From: Eledone cirrhosa
Lineage: Eukaryota
Assembly: GCA_964016885.1 (NCBI GenBank)
Contig: OZ024759.1
Location: 17,546,001-17,610,000, forward strand
Direction of reading: 5' to 3'
Length of the DNA: 64,000 nt
The position numbers and the translations under genes are program-made. Of the stretch, positions 40,098-54,870 are shown in pieces. The notes beneath the pieces were generated by a model that had not been told where the DNA came from, did no database searches, and saw only the letters and a list, made by a program, of their open reading frames with translations. How positions within the stretch are numbered: the stretch's first letter is position 1; each line of letters opens with the position of its first letter.

Positions 40098-41431
40098 TTA
40101 CAGTGATACTCCAACATGGCTGAAGTCAAATGACTGAAGCCAGTGAAAGAATAAGAGAATGGTTTAGAGAGGCTTAAAATGATATCACATGAATACTAAG
40201 ACTGCTGGTTGTATTGAACCCCTAGATCTTGTTAAAACATGTCCAAGGAGATGAAAAACTTTACATCCAAATCACACTTGCTGTGTTTAGAACAGACCTC
40301 CAATAATGGGATAAATAGTTTCACCATCTTGTGAATGCCAAGAATTGCAGAATATTATGAGTAGCAATATAATGACAGTGCTCCAGTATGGCCACATCTA
40401 AATATGTGAAAGCTGTAAAAGTGTTGACAAAAAGTTATTTAACTTTCAATGGCCTGTACCTCATGGGACCACATTAAGAGGACTTTCTTGAAAAGTAAAA
40501 TAAAATAAATATATAAATAGAAACATCACATTAAATATTGATGTGCTTACTCCAATATTACGAATTTCCACAATGATCACTCTACTAATAAAGGTACTAT
40601 AAATATCTGAATTAACAAAACCTGATTTGAAATATTTTCTGCTAAACAAGATGTTAAGAGTTTAAAAAGTTAAATCTTTAGTCTAAAACTGTAAATTTTC
40701 ACAAGGAAGGATAAATATTTTTAAATGGGCTGTTTGTATATTTCAAGTTGGTTTGGTAGCCAAAGAATGTTTCTTTTTCTTCTTCCCATGACTACTGATG
40801 GAGTTGTAAGGGCACCATATTGACATAGCATTTGCAGGGCATTTTTAAACCTAGCAGAACCCATCTCCTCGCCAGGCCTGAGTTCAGCAGATTTCTTCCA
40901 GATAAGGATAGTGAGTGAGAGAGAATGGAAGTGTGAAAGAAATACAGAGGAGGAATTGACTCCAGTACTTTACTGGTACTTTGTTATTGACCTTGAATTG
41001 GTGAAAGGCAAAGTTGGAAATGGCAGGATTTGAACTCAGAGAGCCGAAATGAATGCTGCAAAGCATTCTAACCGACATTCTAATCACTCTGCTAATTTAC
41101 CACCTTAAAGGATGTTCAGATTTAAATAATACATATTTTTTATATAAGCCACACAGTTTGATTTAAATAAATATAGTTTAGTTGAAAAATATCAGAAATA
41201 AGTTTATATTGTCTTAGGGGATGGGTGAAAACTGTAAATTTTCACAATGTAGGATAAATATTTTAAAGTGAACAGTATTGTAACTTATATTTAAGGTGGT
41301 TTGGTAAACAAAGGATGTTAAGAGTTAATACATATTTCTTATATAGGTCACACAGCTTGATTTATATATATATATATATATATATACATTATACTTTATA
41401 TATATATAAATATAATGTATATATATATAAG

Positions 41432-41593
41432 ATTCCAATAACAATAAAATACAGCTATTGATCTAATTGATGTACACCCTGCCCCTAAGACACTAAGACA
41501 ATCTGATTTATATAAGATATATATATAAATATCTTATATAAATCAAATTGTCCATCAATTAGATCAATAGCTATATTTTATTGTTATTGGAAT
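41432..41593. repeat. Long palindrome centred on (TA)n with a ~24-nt insertion in the left arm
   Basis: attccaataacaataaaata...atataagatat pairs with atatcttatat...tattttattgttattggaat. Confidence 0.8.
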
Positions 41594-42001
41594 TTTTTTT
41601 TTTTTAGCTTAAATCCCAATAGATGTATGACTAAGTCAAGCCCTGTCCCCATCAGGATATACAAATTCTGAACACCAAGACTAAAATGAACTTAATACAG
41701 TTAAAGTAGACAGACAGTTCAGTGTTTCTTGTAACTCATTGGGTTTTGATTTTGTTCTTCTACATCTATTTTTATTTATTTCATTTTATTTATACTGGTT
41801 TGGTTTAGGTGGAGGAAGTGTCGAAGTAGTAGTTTTTACAGATCGATGCTCTTCTTATAACTAATCAATCAACCATGAAGTCGAGGCTGAACCTGTGTTT
41901 TGTCAGCAGAAGTGAAGCAGAGGTATCTGCTTTGCTCACAGCCACACTACAATGATTGTACTAAGTTCATGATGATGGTGATCAATAGTCCTGCAACTTA
42001 A

Positions 42002-42438
42002 CCCTTTCGTTACCAATTTGGCCCAAATCAGCTCTGGTTCTATGAAATAAAACCATCCATTTTAAAGGTTTTTAATTTAACCTTTTAATATTTAAACTAG
42101 CCGATTCCAGCCAGAATTCCCTCACCTCTTTCTCTTCAAACCAGCCATAACTGGCCTCTCATACTTATGTTAAGGTATTGTTATCAAAATCTCATAGATT
42201 CGATATTATGTGAGATAATTATGTGAGGTAAAGTGTTTACTATGAAAATACAATAGTAACTATAGAGTAATGTAAATGCTAAAGGGTTAAATCAAAATCT
42301 TCCAAACATAATTTTATATAAGAACCTTACATTAAGTTACTATCTTACTAATGAAATAATTAATCATTTTAGTAAATCTCTCGAAATTCTTGATTAATTA
42401 ATACAGTATGTGTCATTAGAAATGGGGTCATGAAAGGG
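42002..42438. mobile_element. piggyBac-like MITE containing a nested second MITE (42081..42286, TTAA TSD)
   Basis: Outer element TTAA|CCCTTTC...GAAAGGG. The inner element is homologous to 39880..40097 and flanked by TTAA on both sides. Uninterrupted copies of the outer element lie at about 14985..15225 and 17170..17406. Confidence 0.8.
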
Positions 42439-42542
42439 TGAACACTTTTGTTACCATATTTCTTAATTTCTAATTTTCAAATAATTTTGAAAGCATTTAA
42501 GAATTTCTTTGAGTTTAGAGATTTAGTATCGCAATTAATTAT

Positions 42543-42892
42543 TATTTCTACTTTTGGCAGAAGACCAGTAATTACCCCAGTGCATTACTGGTGCTTTATT
42601 GGTAGAGCATCAGACAGCATGCTTTGCAGCACAGAGTTATGTCCCTTTACGTTTTGAGTTCAAATCCCGTCGCGTTTAACTTTGCTTTTCATCCTTATGG
42701 GGTCGATAAAATAAAGCACCAGTAATGTACTGGGGAAATAGCTGGCTTTGTGCTTAAAGTAGAAACATTATTTTATCGACCCCATAAGGATGAAATGCAA
42801 AGCTAACCTCAACGGGATTTGAACTCAGAACGTAAAGGGCCATAACTCTATGCTGCAAAGCATGGTGTCTGATGCTCTACCAATACTGCCAA
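42543..42892. mobile_element. SINE A (+, ~42598..42770) nested inside SINE A (-)
   Basis: The minus-strand copy is interrupted at tttatt and resumes at ttttatcgacccc. Confidence 0.75.
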
Positions 42893-43957
42893 TGCACTAA
42901 GCTTATATTTGGAACATAACTTACTCCTTTGGATACCAAACTATCTGAAACTGCTCCTAGTTTTATATAAATCATTTTGTTTCGAAATCTCTCTCTCCCC
43001 ATACATACATACACACTTACACACACACACACACTTACACACACACACACACACACATTAGAATCTTCATCATCATCATCACCACCGTTTAACGTCCATT
43101 TTACCACACTAGCATAGGGTTATGTTTAAAATACTGTAGTATATAAAGCATTCCAACATTAACCAAACGAGCACTCAATACTGGTAGGTATTGTGTAAAA
43201 TTTTTTTTTTTCAGCAGAAAAGTGTCAGTAACTTCGAAGTTTCAGTTTGGCTGCTTCATCTACCAGCCAAATTTAGTGACAAAATTGAAATTTCAAAGTC
43301 ACTACTACTGTTTCACTTAGAATATGAGTGTGCATATGTGCTTGTTTGTATGTGTGTATGTGTGTTTGTAGGTTAGTATGTGTGTGTGTGTATGTGCATG
43401 TATATGTGTATTTTGTGTGCATGTGTTTTTGTATGTTTGTGTGCATATGTGTCTGTGTGTGTGTATGTGTGTGTATGTTTGTGCATGCGTGTGTGTGTAA
43501 GTTTGTGCGCGTGTGAATGTGTGTTAGTTTGTGCGCATGTTTGTATGTGTATGTTTGTGTGTATGTGTGTGTTTGTGTGCATGTGTATGTTTGTGTGCAT
43601 GTATATGATCGTGTGCATGTGTATGTGTGTGTTAGTTTGTGTATGTATGTTTGTGTGTGTGCATGTGTATATGTATGTGTGTGTGTGTCAATGTATGGCA
43701 AGTGACTTTATCCAAGATCATATATTATGTTGATATGTTGATATAAAAACAATAAACGTTATGGAAGAATCACTGGAACCATTTAAGAACACAGCAACAT
43801 GGCTGTGAAGTTCAACTCCATTGAAACTTTTTAACACTTTATGAAATTCAATATTATTGAGGCTAATCACCAAATAGTGAACACTAAATATGAACTTAAC
43901 AGCTTCAGTAGTTAAAATGGCATTGACACCTTGTAATTGCTTAACACACTTACACAT

Positions 43958-45430
43958 TCACTTCTAACTAACACATTCACTTCTAACTAACACATTCACT
44001 TCTACACTAACACATTCACTTCTACACTAACACATTCACTTCTACACTAACACATTCACTTCTACACTAACACATTCACTTCTACACTAACACATTCACT
44101 TCTACACTAACACATTCACTTCTACACTAACACATTCACTTCTACACTAACACATTCACTTCTACACTAACACATTCACTTCTAACTAACACATTCACTT
44201 CTACACTAACACATTCACTTCTACACTAACACATTCACTTCTACACTAACACATTCACTTCTACACTAACACATTCACTTCTACACTAACACATTCACTT
44301 CTACACTAACACATTCACTTCTACACTAACACATTCACTTCTACACTAACACATTCACTTCTACACTAACACATTCACTTCTACACTAACACATTCACTT
44401 CTACACTAACACATTCACTTCTACACTAACACATTCACTTCTACACTAACACATTCACTTCTACACTAACACATTCACTTCTACACTAACACATTCACTT
44501 CTACACTAACACATTCACTTCTACACTAACACATTCACTTCTACACTAACACATTCACTTCTACACTAACACATTCACTTCTACACTAACACATTCACTT
44601 CTACACTAACACATTCACTTCTACACTAACACATTCACTCCTACACTAACACATTCACTCCTACACTAACACATTCACTCCTACACTAACACATTAACTC
44701 CTACACTAACACATTCACACCTACACTAACACATTCACACCTACACTAACACATTCACACCTACACTAACACATTCACACCTACACTAACACATTCACAC
44801 CTACACTAACACATTCACACCTACACTAACACATTCACACCTACACTAACACATTCACACCTACACTAACACATTCACACCTACACTAACACATTCACAC
44901 CTACACTAACACATTCACACCTACACTAACACATTCACACCTACACTAACACATTCACACCTACACTAACACATACACTTCCACATAAACACAGATGTTT
45001 CTATACTAACATACAGACATCCACATAAACACATATGCTTCCACATAAACACATATGCTTCCACACTAACACATATGCTTCCACACTAACACATATGCTT
45101 CCACACTAACACATATGCTTCCACACTAACACATATGCTTCCACACTAACACATATGCTTCCACACTAACACATATGCTTCCACACTAACACATATGCTT
45201 CCACACTAACACATACACATAAACATATACACTTCCTCACTAACATATACACTTCCTCACTAACATATACACTTCCTCACTAACATACACACTTCCTCAC
45301 TAACATACACACTTCCTCACTAACATATACACTTCCTCACTAACATATACACTTCCTCACTAACATATACACTTCCTCACTAACATATACACTTCCTCAC
45401 TAACATATACACTTCCTCACTAACATATAC
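43958..45430. repeat. 20-bp minisatellite array with blockwise variants
   Basis: Units change in order: cacattcacttctacactaa, then ..ctcc.., then ..cacc.., then acatatgcttccacactaac, then acatatacacttcctcacta. Confidence 0.95.
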
Positions 45431-46190
45431 ACTTCCTCACTAACACATCTTCATCCACACTAATACATACATATTTACATCCACAGTAACACATATATCC
45501 ACACTAACACATACACTTCCAAACATACACACTAGCACATACACTTCCACACCAACACATACAGTTCCACACAATAATATCATAGTTGTGTACTATATAT
45601 TGGTACATGTTATATATTATCAATACATTGTCAGATTCAGTACTGTGTATGGAATGTAGAGTTGAATAACTCTTATTTTATATCATTAAGTGTGACAGTT
45701 GTACAGTTATTATAAAGTTATGCTATTTGTTGACTCAATGGACTGTCAATTGTTTAATCCTTTAGTATTTACTCTATATATATACTATTATATTTTCACA
45801 GTAAAAGCTTTATCTTACATAATTATCTCACATAATATCGAATTTATGAGATTTTGATATCATTCATTCTGATAACAATAACTTAACATGAGTATAAGAA
45901 GCCAGTCACAGCCGGTTTGAACAGAAAGAGGTGAGAGAATTCTAGACAGATACAGAATTTTGAAGGATCTATGAGAATTATCTTTCATTACTAAGATAGT
46001 AACTTAACAGAAGGTTATTTTATAAAATTCTGTTGATTTTAATATAAATGGGACCCTTTAAAATTGATGTTTTTTAAAAAAAAATTGAACCAGAGCCAAT
46101 TTTGGACAGATAGGTGTAAAAATATAAAAGTATTTTCTCTGATGCTGTAATGCTTCTGCCAATTGACCTCCTCCCTTAGGAAGTCTATAA

Positions 46191-46497
46191 CAACAGTTCC
46201 CAACCTTTTTATGCCATGGACTGGTGTCATGCAAGACAATTTCTCCATGGGCTAATGACTGATTAATTCTCTCTAACAATTGTGCCTCAATGTCCTCTAC
46301 TATTTCATCAATTCATCTAGTTAGAGTGCTAGTGGAAAAGGAACTATTGCTACCTTTTTAACTGCAGCCTCTCCTAAAACTTCATAGCAGATCTCCTTAG
46401 TGGCAAGCAGGATCAACACTTCACCAAAAGTGAAGGGCTTCTTAGAGGCCTAGAATCAAATGATCCACCCACCGGTGTCGGTGGTTGTGGACCACTG
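46191..46497. mobile_element. hAT (Charlie-like) MITE with 8-bp TSD
   Basis: Ends are caacagttcccaacc and ggttgtggaccactg, flanked by the direct repeat GTCTATAA (46183..46190 and 46498..46505). Confidence 0.85.
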
Positions 46498-46764
46498 GTC
46501 TATAACATTGCTTTCATACTATAACTACAGGACCAATGTTAATTTGTGTGTGTTGTGGTGGAGTATGTAGGGATCTCAATTCATTGTATCATTTGGCGGC
46601 CTGTAATAATGTTACGATAGCTATGCCTTCATGAAGGTGTATGGCTTAGTGGTTGGAGCACTTAATTCTTTAGCCTGCCTTCACGAGTGAATGAGCAAGT
46701 AGTCCTCTCTTTCTCTCACTCTCTCTCCCTCTCCCACTCTCTATCTTGAAATTGAAGTTAGACA

Positions 46765-47031
46765 ACTGCAAGGTGGTCGTGGAGGTGCCACGGCAAAAAA
46801 GCACCCAGCCCACACTGTAAAGTGGACGTGTAGGCGCCACGAAAAAGCACCCAGCACTCACTGTAAATGAGGTTGGTGTTGGGAAGGGCATCCAGCTGTA
46901 GAAATCAAGCCAAATCAGTTCCTGTATGAGCAAGGCATGGTCAGCCGACCAGACACTGCCCACAACAGGACAACCCGTCTAACCCATGCTAGCGTGGAAG
47001 AACGGACGTAAAACGGTGATGATGATGATGA
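46765..47031 (+). mobile_element. SINE B copy
   Basis: Near-identical to the 6315 copy. Confidence 0.8.
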
Positions 47032-47636
47032 CTGTAGAGACAGGCATTACCAAAGACATTTCGCGTCCGAAGGGAGTCTTTACCCTTTATCTTGCCTTCG
47101 GGAGTAAGGATCTCTTTAAACTGCCTTCTTGAGTGAATGACCAAGTACTTCTTTCTCTTTCTCTCTTCCTCTACCCCTTTACATATTGAAGTTAGAATAT
47201 AGAGACAAGCATTAGCAAAGACATTTTATTCTGCTATTCTGTACTACATATCTGGAAATAAATTGCCATGTCCTCTTACAGTATTAGAGCTATAGTAATT
47301 ATGCATAATTATCTTTGGCAGAACTTTGTTTTGTTTAACTTTAGCTTTACATTATATGTGTGTGTGATATGTGTGTCTATATGTGTGTACGTACAATTAA
47401 TATATATTTATATATTAGACACACATATATATATATATATATATGTATATACACACATATATACTCATAGATATATACATACATACATATATGTATACAC
47501 ACACACAAATATATATATATATATATATATATAAAAAGATATATTTACACACACCTATATATATAAATATATGTACACACATATATATATATATACATAC
47601 ATATATATATTTACACACACACACATATATATATAC

Positions 47637-47681
<45 letters not shown>

Positions 47682-47775
47682 TATATATATATATACACAC
47701 ACACACATATATATATATACATATATAAATGAAAGGTATAGAAATTGTTTTAGCGAGAAGCTAATAGTATTCTAT

Positions 47776-47829
<54 letters not shown>

Positions 47830-47861
47830 TATATATATGTACACACATGTTCATACATTAT

Positions 47862-47897
<36 letters not shown>

Positions 47898-48349
47898 AAA
47901 AAGAAATACATATAAAAAGGGATATGTATGATGAAAAAAAAAAAAGGTAAAAGATAAAAGGTATAGAGATGTAATGAAGAGCAATCAGATTCTAGTGTGA
48001 TTACTGCCACCGTAATAATAATAACAACAATAATAATGCTAATAACAATAATCTCTAACATAGAAAATAGTCCGCAGAATTAACCAAGCCGAGCAGAACA
48101 ATTCTTCATTAGAATGCTTAAGAGGAGAGGGAGCTGGGGTTGGGAAAAATGGTATGAATAACCAACAGAGATTTGTACATAGATAGATAGATAAATAAAT
48201 AGCTAGATAGATAGGTAGTAGATAGGTAGTAGATAGATATATTTCTTTATTAGCCACAGGGGCACAAAAGAAGGGGACAAATACAAAGGGGGAAGTTTAC
48301 ATACAATAAAAACGTGTAAAATGTTATCACAGATGGAATTTAAAAGTTA

Positions 48350-48382
48350 GTAGATAGATAGATAGTTGGATAGATAGGTAGG

Positions 48383-48437
<55 letters not shown>

Positions 48438-49150
48438 GTAGGTAGGTAGATAGATAGATAGGTAGGTAGGTAGGTAGGTAGTAGATAGGTAGATAGATAG
48501 ATAGGTAGATAGATAGATAGATAGTTGGATAGATAGAAAGGAAGGTAGTAGATAGATAGGTAGTAGATAGATAGATAGATAGGTAGTAGATAGATAGATA
48601 GGTAGTAGATAGATAGTTGGATAGATAGATAGGTAGGTAGGTAGATAGATAGATAGATAGATAGGTAGGTAGTAGATAGGTAGATAGATAGATAGGTAGG
48701 TAGATAGATAGATAGGTAGGTAGGTAGTAGATAGATAGATAGATAGGTAGTAGATAGATAGATAGGTAGTAGATAGATAGTTGGATAGATAGATAGATAG
48801 TTAGATAGTTGGATAGGTAGGTAGGTAGATAGATAGAGAGATAGATAGAGAGATAGGTAGTAGATAGATAGATAGGTAGTAGATAGATAGATAGATAGGT
48901 AGTAGATAGATAGATATGTTTCTTTATTAGCCACAGGGGCACAAAAGAAGGGGACAAATACAAAGGGATAGATAGATAGGTAGATAGATAGTTGGCAAGA
49001 TAAATAGTTAGCTAGCTAGCTAAATAGGTAGATAGATAGATAAATATAGATAGGTAGATAGATAGCGACATAGTTAGCTAAGGTAGATAGATAAATAGTT
49101 AACCATATAGGTAGATAGATAGATAGATAAATAGATAGCTAGATAGATAG
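48350..49150. repeat. (GATA/GGTA)n tetranucleotide array
   Basis: Directly visible. Confidence 0.9.
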
Positions 49151-49470
49151 GTAAATATATATATAAATAAATAAATGGTGCAAGCAGCCAGAAATATTTC
49201 CTATCGTTTGTCTGTTCCTCTCCCTCCCCCCTCTTCTTCCCTGCGCACCACCCATCACCATCATCACCCCCTTCTCCATCCTGCCACACTGGCCCCAGCC
49301 CCAACGACACATGCACACACACCGCCACACCTCTTCATATTGATTGATCGATAATAAACGTCGAAATTAAAGTCTCCCGGCTTTTGTAAAGAAATCTCCA
49401 GGAATCAGACGAGATTATACAGGAACAAGAACAGCCTTGTCAATAAAGCTCCATCGAATGAAGATGCCGC

Positions 49471-49531
<61 letters not shown>

Positions 49532-49683
49532 TGTGTATATATATATATAGTTATGTGTATATATATATATAGTTGTGTGTATATATATATATATATATAT
49601 ATAGTTGTGTGTATGTATATATATATATATATGTATATAGTTGTGTGTATGTGTATATATATATATATATATATAGTTGTGTG

Positions 49684-49718
<35 letters not shown>

Positions 49719-50021
49719 GTGTGTATGTATATATATATATGTATATATATAGTCGTGTGTATATATATGTATATATAAGTGTGTATATATATATATATAG
49801 GTATATATATATATATAGGTATATATATATATATAGGTATCTATATATATATATAGGTATATATATACGTATATATATATATATATATAGGTATATATAT
49901 GAATATGTATGTTTATATACCTATATGTATATATACATGCATGCATGCATGTATAGATGTATATTTGAGTTTGTACATCTTTGTACATATATTTGTATAT
50001 GTATGAATCTATATATATATG

Positions 50022-50068
<47 letters not shown>

Positions 50069-51684
50069 TGCATGTACATAACAGTTTTCCATTAAGACTA
50101 ATATAAGATGAATCCAAATAGATCAGCCTAGAAGATAGAACAGAGTAAGTGGAATATACTAAATTATATCACATACACACACACATACATACACACACCC
50201 ACACACGTTTACACATTCACACACATACAGGTATACACTCACATGTAAACATTTACACACACACACATACTCACACGCATACACATTCTCTCACAGACAT
50301 TCACACACACACTTACGCACATATATACATATTATGTCACAAACATACACATACATTTTACACATTCATACGCGCACAGGTACACATACTCACATACACA
50401 TTCCCATACATACACAAACATTTACACATTCACACACATAGACATACATATGTACATATATACATACACACACATGTACACATTCACATACACATACATA
50501 CACAGTGCAGCCATGAAAGTATGTGTCACAGACAAAGAAACACTAATAAGAATAATGTAAATATTATTGTTGTTAATAGTGGTGGTGGTGGTGGTGGTGG
50601 TGGCTATAGTAAAGATGGTACTGGCGGTGGTTGTATTGATGGTGGTGGTGGTGGAGGTTGTATTGATGGTGATGGTGGTGTTGGTGGAGGTTGTATTGAT
50701 GGTGGTGGAGGTTGTATTGATGGTGGTGATGGTGGTTGTTGTATTGATGGTGGTGATGGTGGAGGTTATATTGATGGTGGTGTTGGAGGCTATTGTGGCG
50801 GTGGTGGTTGTATTGATGGTGGTGATGGTGGTGGTGGTGGTGGTTGTATTGATGGTGGTGATGGTGGAGGTTATATTGATGGTGGTGTTGGAGGCTATTG
50901 TGGCGGTGGTGATTGTATTGATGGTGGTGTTGGAGGCTATAGTGGTGGTGGTGAAGACTTGTGTGTGTGGTGGAGGCTGTAGTATTAGTGGCCCACAGCA
51001 TTGGTGATGATGATGATGGTGGTGGTGATGAAGGCAGCTGTAGTGATGGTGATGGTGGACCTGGAGGCTGTAGTGATGATGGGGATGATGGAGGCTGCAG
51101 TGATAATGGGGATGATGAAGGCTGCAGTGATGATGGAGGTGGATGTAATATTGAGTGTTGCTGGTGGTGGAGGCTGAAGTGATGATGGTGATAGTAGTGG
51201 TGGTTGATGTTATATTAATGGTGTTGGTAGTGGTGGGGGTGATGAAGTACTGGTGATCAATGTTGTCTTGGTAGTAGTAGTGGTGGTGGTGGATGTAGTA
51301 GTACTGGTGGTAGTACTGGAGGTGGTGGTGATGGATGTAGTGGTACTGGTGGTAGTACTGGAGGTGGTTGTGATGGATGTAGTGGTACTGGAGGTGGTAG
51401 TACTGGAGGTGGTGGTGATGGATGTAGTGGTACTGGTGGTAGTACTGGAGGTGGTGGTGATGGATGTAGTGGTACTGGTGGTGATGGTGGTGGTAACAGT
51501 AGCAGTAGAGGAAGAGAATGTGTGCAGACATCTTACATAAAAATAACAAACAAAACAAAACAAATTAATAAATCATCTTATTGGATAAATTAACACTATA
51601 ACCCTCCCTCGCATCTCCTTGATCCTCCACCACCACCACCACCACCACCACCAACAACAACAATATCATCACTATTACTTTTCC

Positions 51685-52292
51685 ACCATTGCTATCACCC
51701 CCCCCCCCCCGTAATACCACCACCACTACTACTACTACGACAAGGGATCACCATTATCACCATTGCTAATATCACCTTCCAACCTCGCTTCTACCCTTCC
51801 ATAAACCCTCACCATCCACTACAACAACCACCATTGCTATCATTACTCCCCCCCCGCCCCCATAATACCACCACCACCACTACTACTACCACAAGGGATC
51901 ACCATTATCACCATTGCTAATATCACCTTCCAACCTCGCTTCTTCCCTTCGATAAACCCTCACCATCCACTACAACAACCACCATTGCTATCATTACCCC
52001 CCCCGCCCCCATAATACCACCACTACTACTACCACAAGGGATCACCATTACCACCTTTGCTAATATCACCTTCCAACCTTGCTTCTTCCCTTCCATAAAC
52101 CCTCACCATCTATTACAACAACCACCATTGCTATCATTACCCCTTCCCCCCCGCCCCTGTAATACCACCACCACTACTACTACCACAAGGGATCACCATT
52201 ACCACCTTTGCTAATATCACCTTCCAACCTCGCTTCTTCCCTTCCATAAACCCTCACCATCCACTGCAACAACCACCATTGCTATCATTACC
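51685..52292. repeat. ~146-bp tandem repeat, 4 copies, each with a poly-C tract
   Basis: accattgctatca..(C)n..taataccacc..caagggatcacc..ccctcaccatcc repeated. Confidence 0.9.
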
Positions 52293-54149
52293 CACAAGCA
52301 CCTATTTCCATTGCCATCATCACTCCCCCCCTTTCCTTACCACTACTGCAACAACCATCACCACCACCACGACCCTCCCCCTGTGGAGGGTGATGGGCAA
52401 AGTTGACCTCTGAGGGATTTGAACTCAGAATGGAGAGAAACTACAAGACATTTTGTCTATCAATCTAACCATTCTACCAATTAATGGTTTGAGACTTAGG
52501 CACAAAGCCAGCAATATTGGGGGAAGGCAAAGTCAATTAAATCAACCTCAGTTTGTTACTGGTACTACGTAAGGATGAAAAGTAAAGTTAACCTCGGCAG
52601 GATTTGAACTCAGAACCTAAGGGGATATAACTCTATGATAAACAGCATGTTGTTCGGTGCCTTAGCGATGCTGCCAATCCACAACGACACTGGACAAGTT
52701 GTTAATTTTAACCTCGGCAGGAGTGGAACTCAGAACGTAAAGGGCTGTAACTCTATACTAAACAGCATGTTGTTGGGTGCCCTATCGATACTGCCAATCC
52801 ACAATGACACTGGACAAGTTGTTAATTTTATTGACCCAGAAAAAGGGTGGTGGGTTGTCAGATTTGATAAAGCATTGAATAAAATGCCATTGAAGTATTT
52901 GTTCTTGCTCTTAACATTCTGAGTTTAAATCTTCTAGGGTCTATAAAATAAAGCAACAGTCAAGTACTGAACTGATTTAATTGATCTTCCTTTTCCCTAA
53001 ATTTGCTGGCCTTGTGCCCAATCTCGATAAATACCTATAAATATTGAGTTAATTCTACTGTTTACTGTGGCTTTAGTAGTAAGAATACTTTCCTACTTGT
53101 AACCTTTATTTTAATCTGGAAAAATCTTTGAAGGAGTTACTATGTTGCTAAAGCTTAAATAGGTTTATTCCACATTTGAGAAATCAGTTTTATTGACACA
53201 GAAAGGATTAAAGGCAAAGTTGACCTCAGTGTGATTTGAACTCACAATGCAGAGATCCAGAACAAATGCAGCAAAGCGATTTGTCTTAAGCTTTAACAAT
53301 TCTGCCAATCCAGAACCCTTGACTGGTTGTTAGTTTTATTGACCTCCTAAAAGATCTAAGTAATGGTTGACCTGTGTGGGATTTAAATCCAGCGCAGAGA
53401 GAGGGAGAGAGAAAGAGCTGCAATAAATATTGCATTACATTTTGTCTGACGCCATGCACTAACAAGCCTACCCATTCACTACATTTCTTTCAATCTTACT
53501 GCACATTGAGATGTATTCTTGTGCAACCATTGTGCAATATTAAATACAGTAAATTATGCAATGCAAATAATTGTCTTATTACTGTTGGCTTTGACATGCA
53601 TAGATATCTCTTCAATTACTCTAAATAATTAATTAACATCAAAACTGACAAGGTAATATACGTGCAGTAAGCTAAGTAGGTGTGCACATTGCATGCATTT
53701 CAATATTACCTGCTCAGTTAGCTGTATGACAGGTTATATAATACTTCAGTCTTAAGAAATCTGGCCTGGTCTTGTTTCCTCATCATTCATTTCACAAGGT
53801 ATACATCTTTCTTCCTTCACCTCTTCACTCGATCATCCACTTACCAAATTGTCATATATGTCAGTTGAAGGTTAAAGTTTTATACACGTGCTGGCAAATT
53901 GGCTGCGCAGCCATCAGAGATGTTACTGTATTAATAAATGCTTTATAGTATTTAGTTATGGATCTTTACGTCCTGAGTTTAAATTCTGCTGAGGCCAACT
54001 TTGTCTTTCATACCACCGTGTCAATAAAATAAAGTACCAGTCAATTACTGGGGTTGGTATAACAGACTTTTATCCTTTTCACTCCTTTATTTCTAACTTG
54101 CATTGTACTGGCCTTTCCTAAACAATCCTAACCACATATTTCACAATGT

Positions 54150-54870
54150 TTGATATGTATGGAACTGTAACTCTCAGCGGAGATGTTGGCCCATCATCAT
54201 GACATATAGCATTTGTTTGGGCATTTAAAACCTAGTACAGTCCGTTCCCTCTCCAGGTCTGTGCACAGCTGATTTCTTCCAGAGAGGGAGAGAGAGAGAG
54301 AGAAAGAAAGAAAGAAAGAGAGGTAGTGAAAAATATAGAGGAAGACTTGACCCCAGTGTTGGACTGGAACTTTTTTTTAATGACCTCGAAAGGATGAAAG
54401 GCAAAGTACACTTCAACAGAATTTGAACTCAGGGTTCAGAGAGCCAAAAGAAAAACAAATCATTCTGTCCAACATTCTAATGACTCAACCAATCCACCAC
54501 AGCAATATTTGATATAAACTATACGAAACATAGGTGGCGAATTGGTAGAGTTGTTAGAACATCAGATAGAATGCTCTATGGTATTCATTCCAGCTCTCTG
54601 CTCTTTGAGTTCAAATCCTGCTGAGGTGAACTTTGCCTTTCATCCTTTGGAGGTCAATAAAAAAAAAAAAATACCAGTCTAGTACTGGGGTCAATTCTTC
54701 CTCTATATCTCTTTCCTATTTCCTTTCTCTTACCCTCTATCCTTCTGTGGAAGAAATCTGCTGTACTCAGGTCTGGAGAGGGATGGGCTCCACCAGTTTT
54801 AAAATGCCCAAGAAATGCCATATGTCAATGTGGCACCCCTATGACTCTATCAGGAGTTACGGGACCATAC
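54150..54870. mobile_element. Head-to-head pair of SINE A-related composite elements (related copies at ~11345..11675, 21215..21560, 40780..41105)
   Basis: SINE A-like head and core with a different 3' extension (gaagaaatc...tttaaaatgccc...gagttac). The minus copy spans 54150..54500 and the plus copy 54532..54870. Confidence 0.65.

Noticed and set aside
43958-44975. Telomeric repeat or CRISPR array
   Set aside because: The 20-bp unit is not (TTAGGG)n and has no spacers.
50149-51563. Gly/Cys-rich and His-rich ORFs resembling structural proteins
   Set aside because: A cryptic (GGT/GAT)n repeat contiguous with microsatellites, with no signal peptide or splice support. It is not strictly excluded without RNA data.
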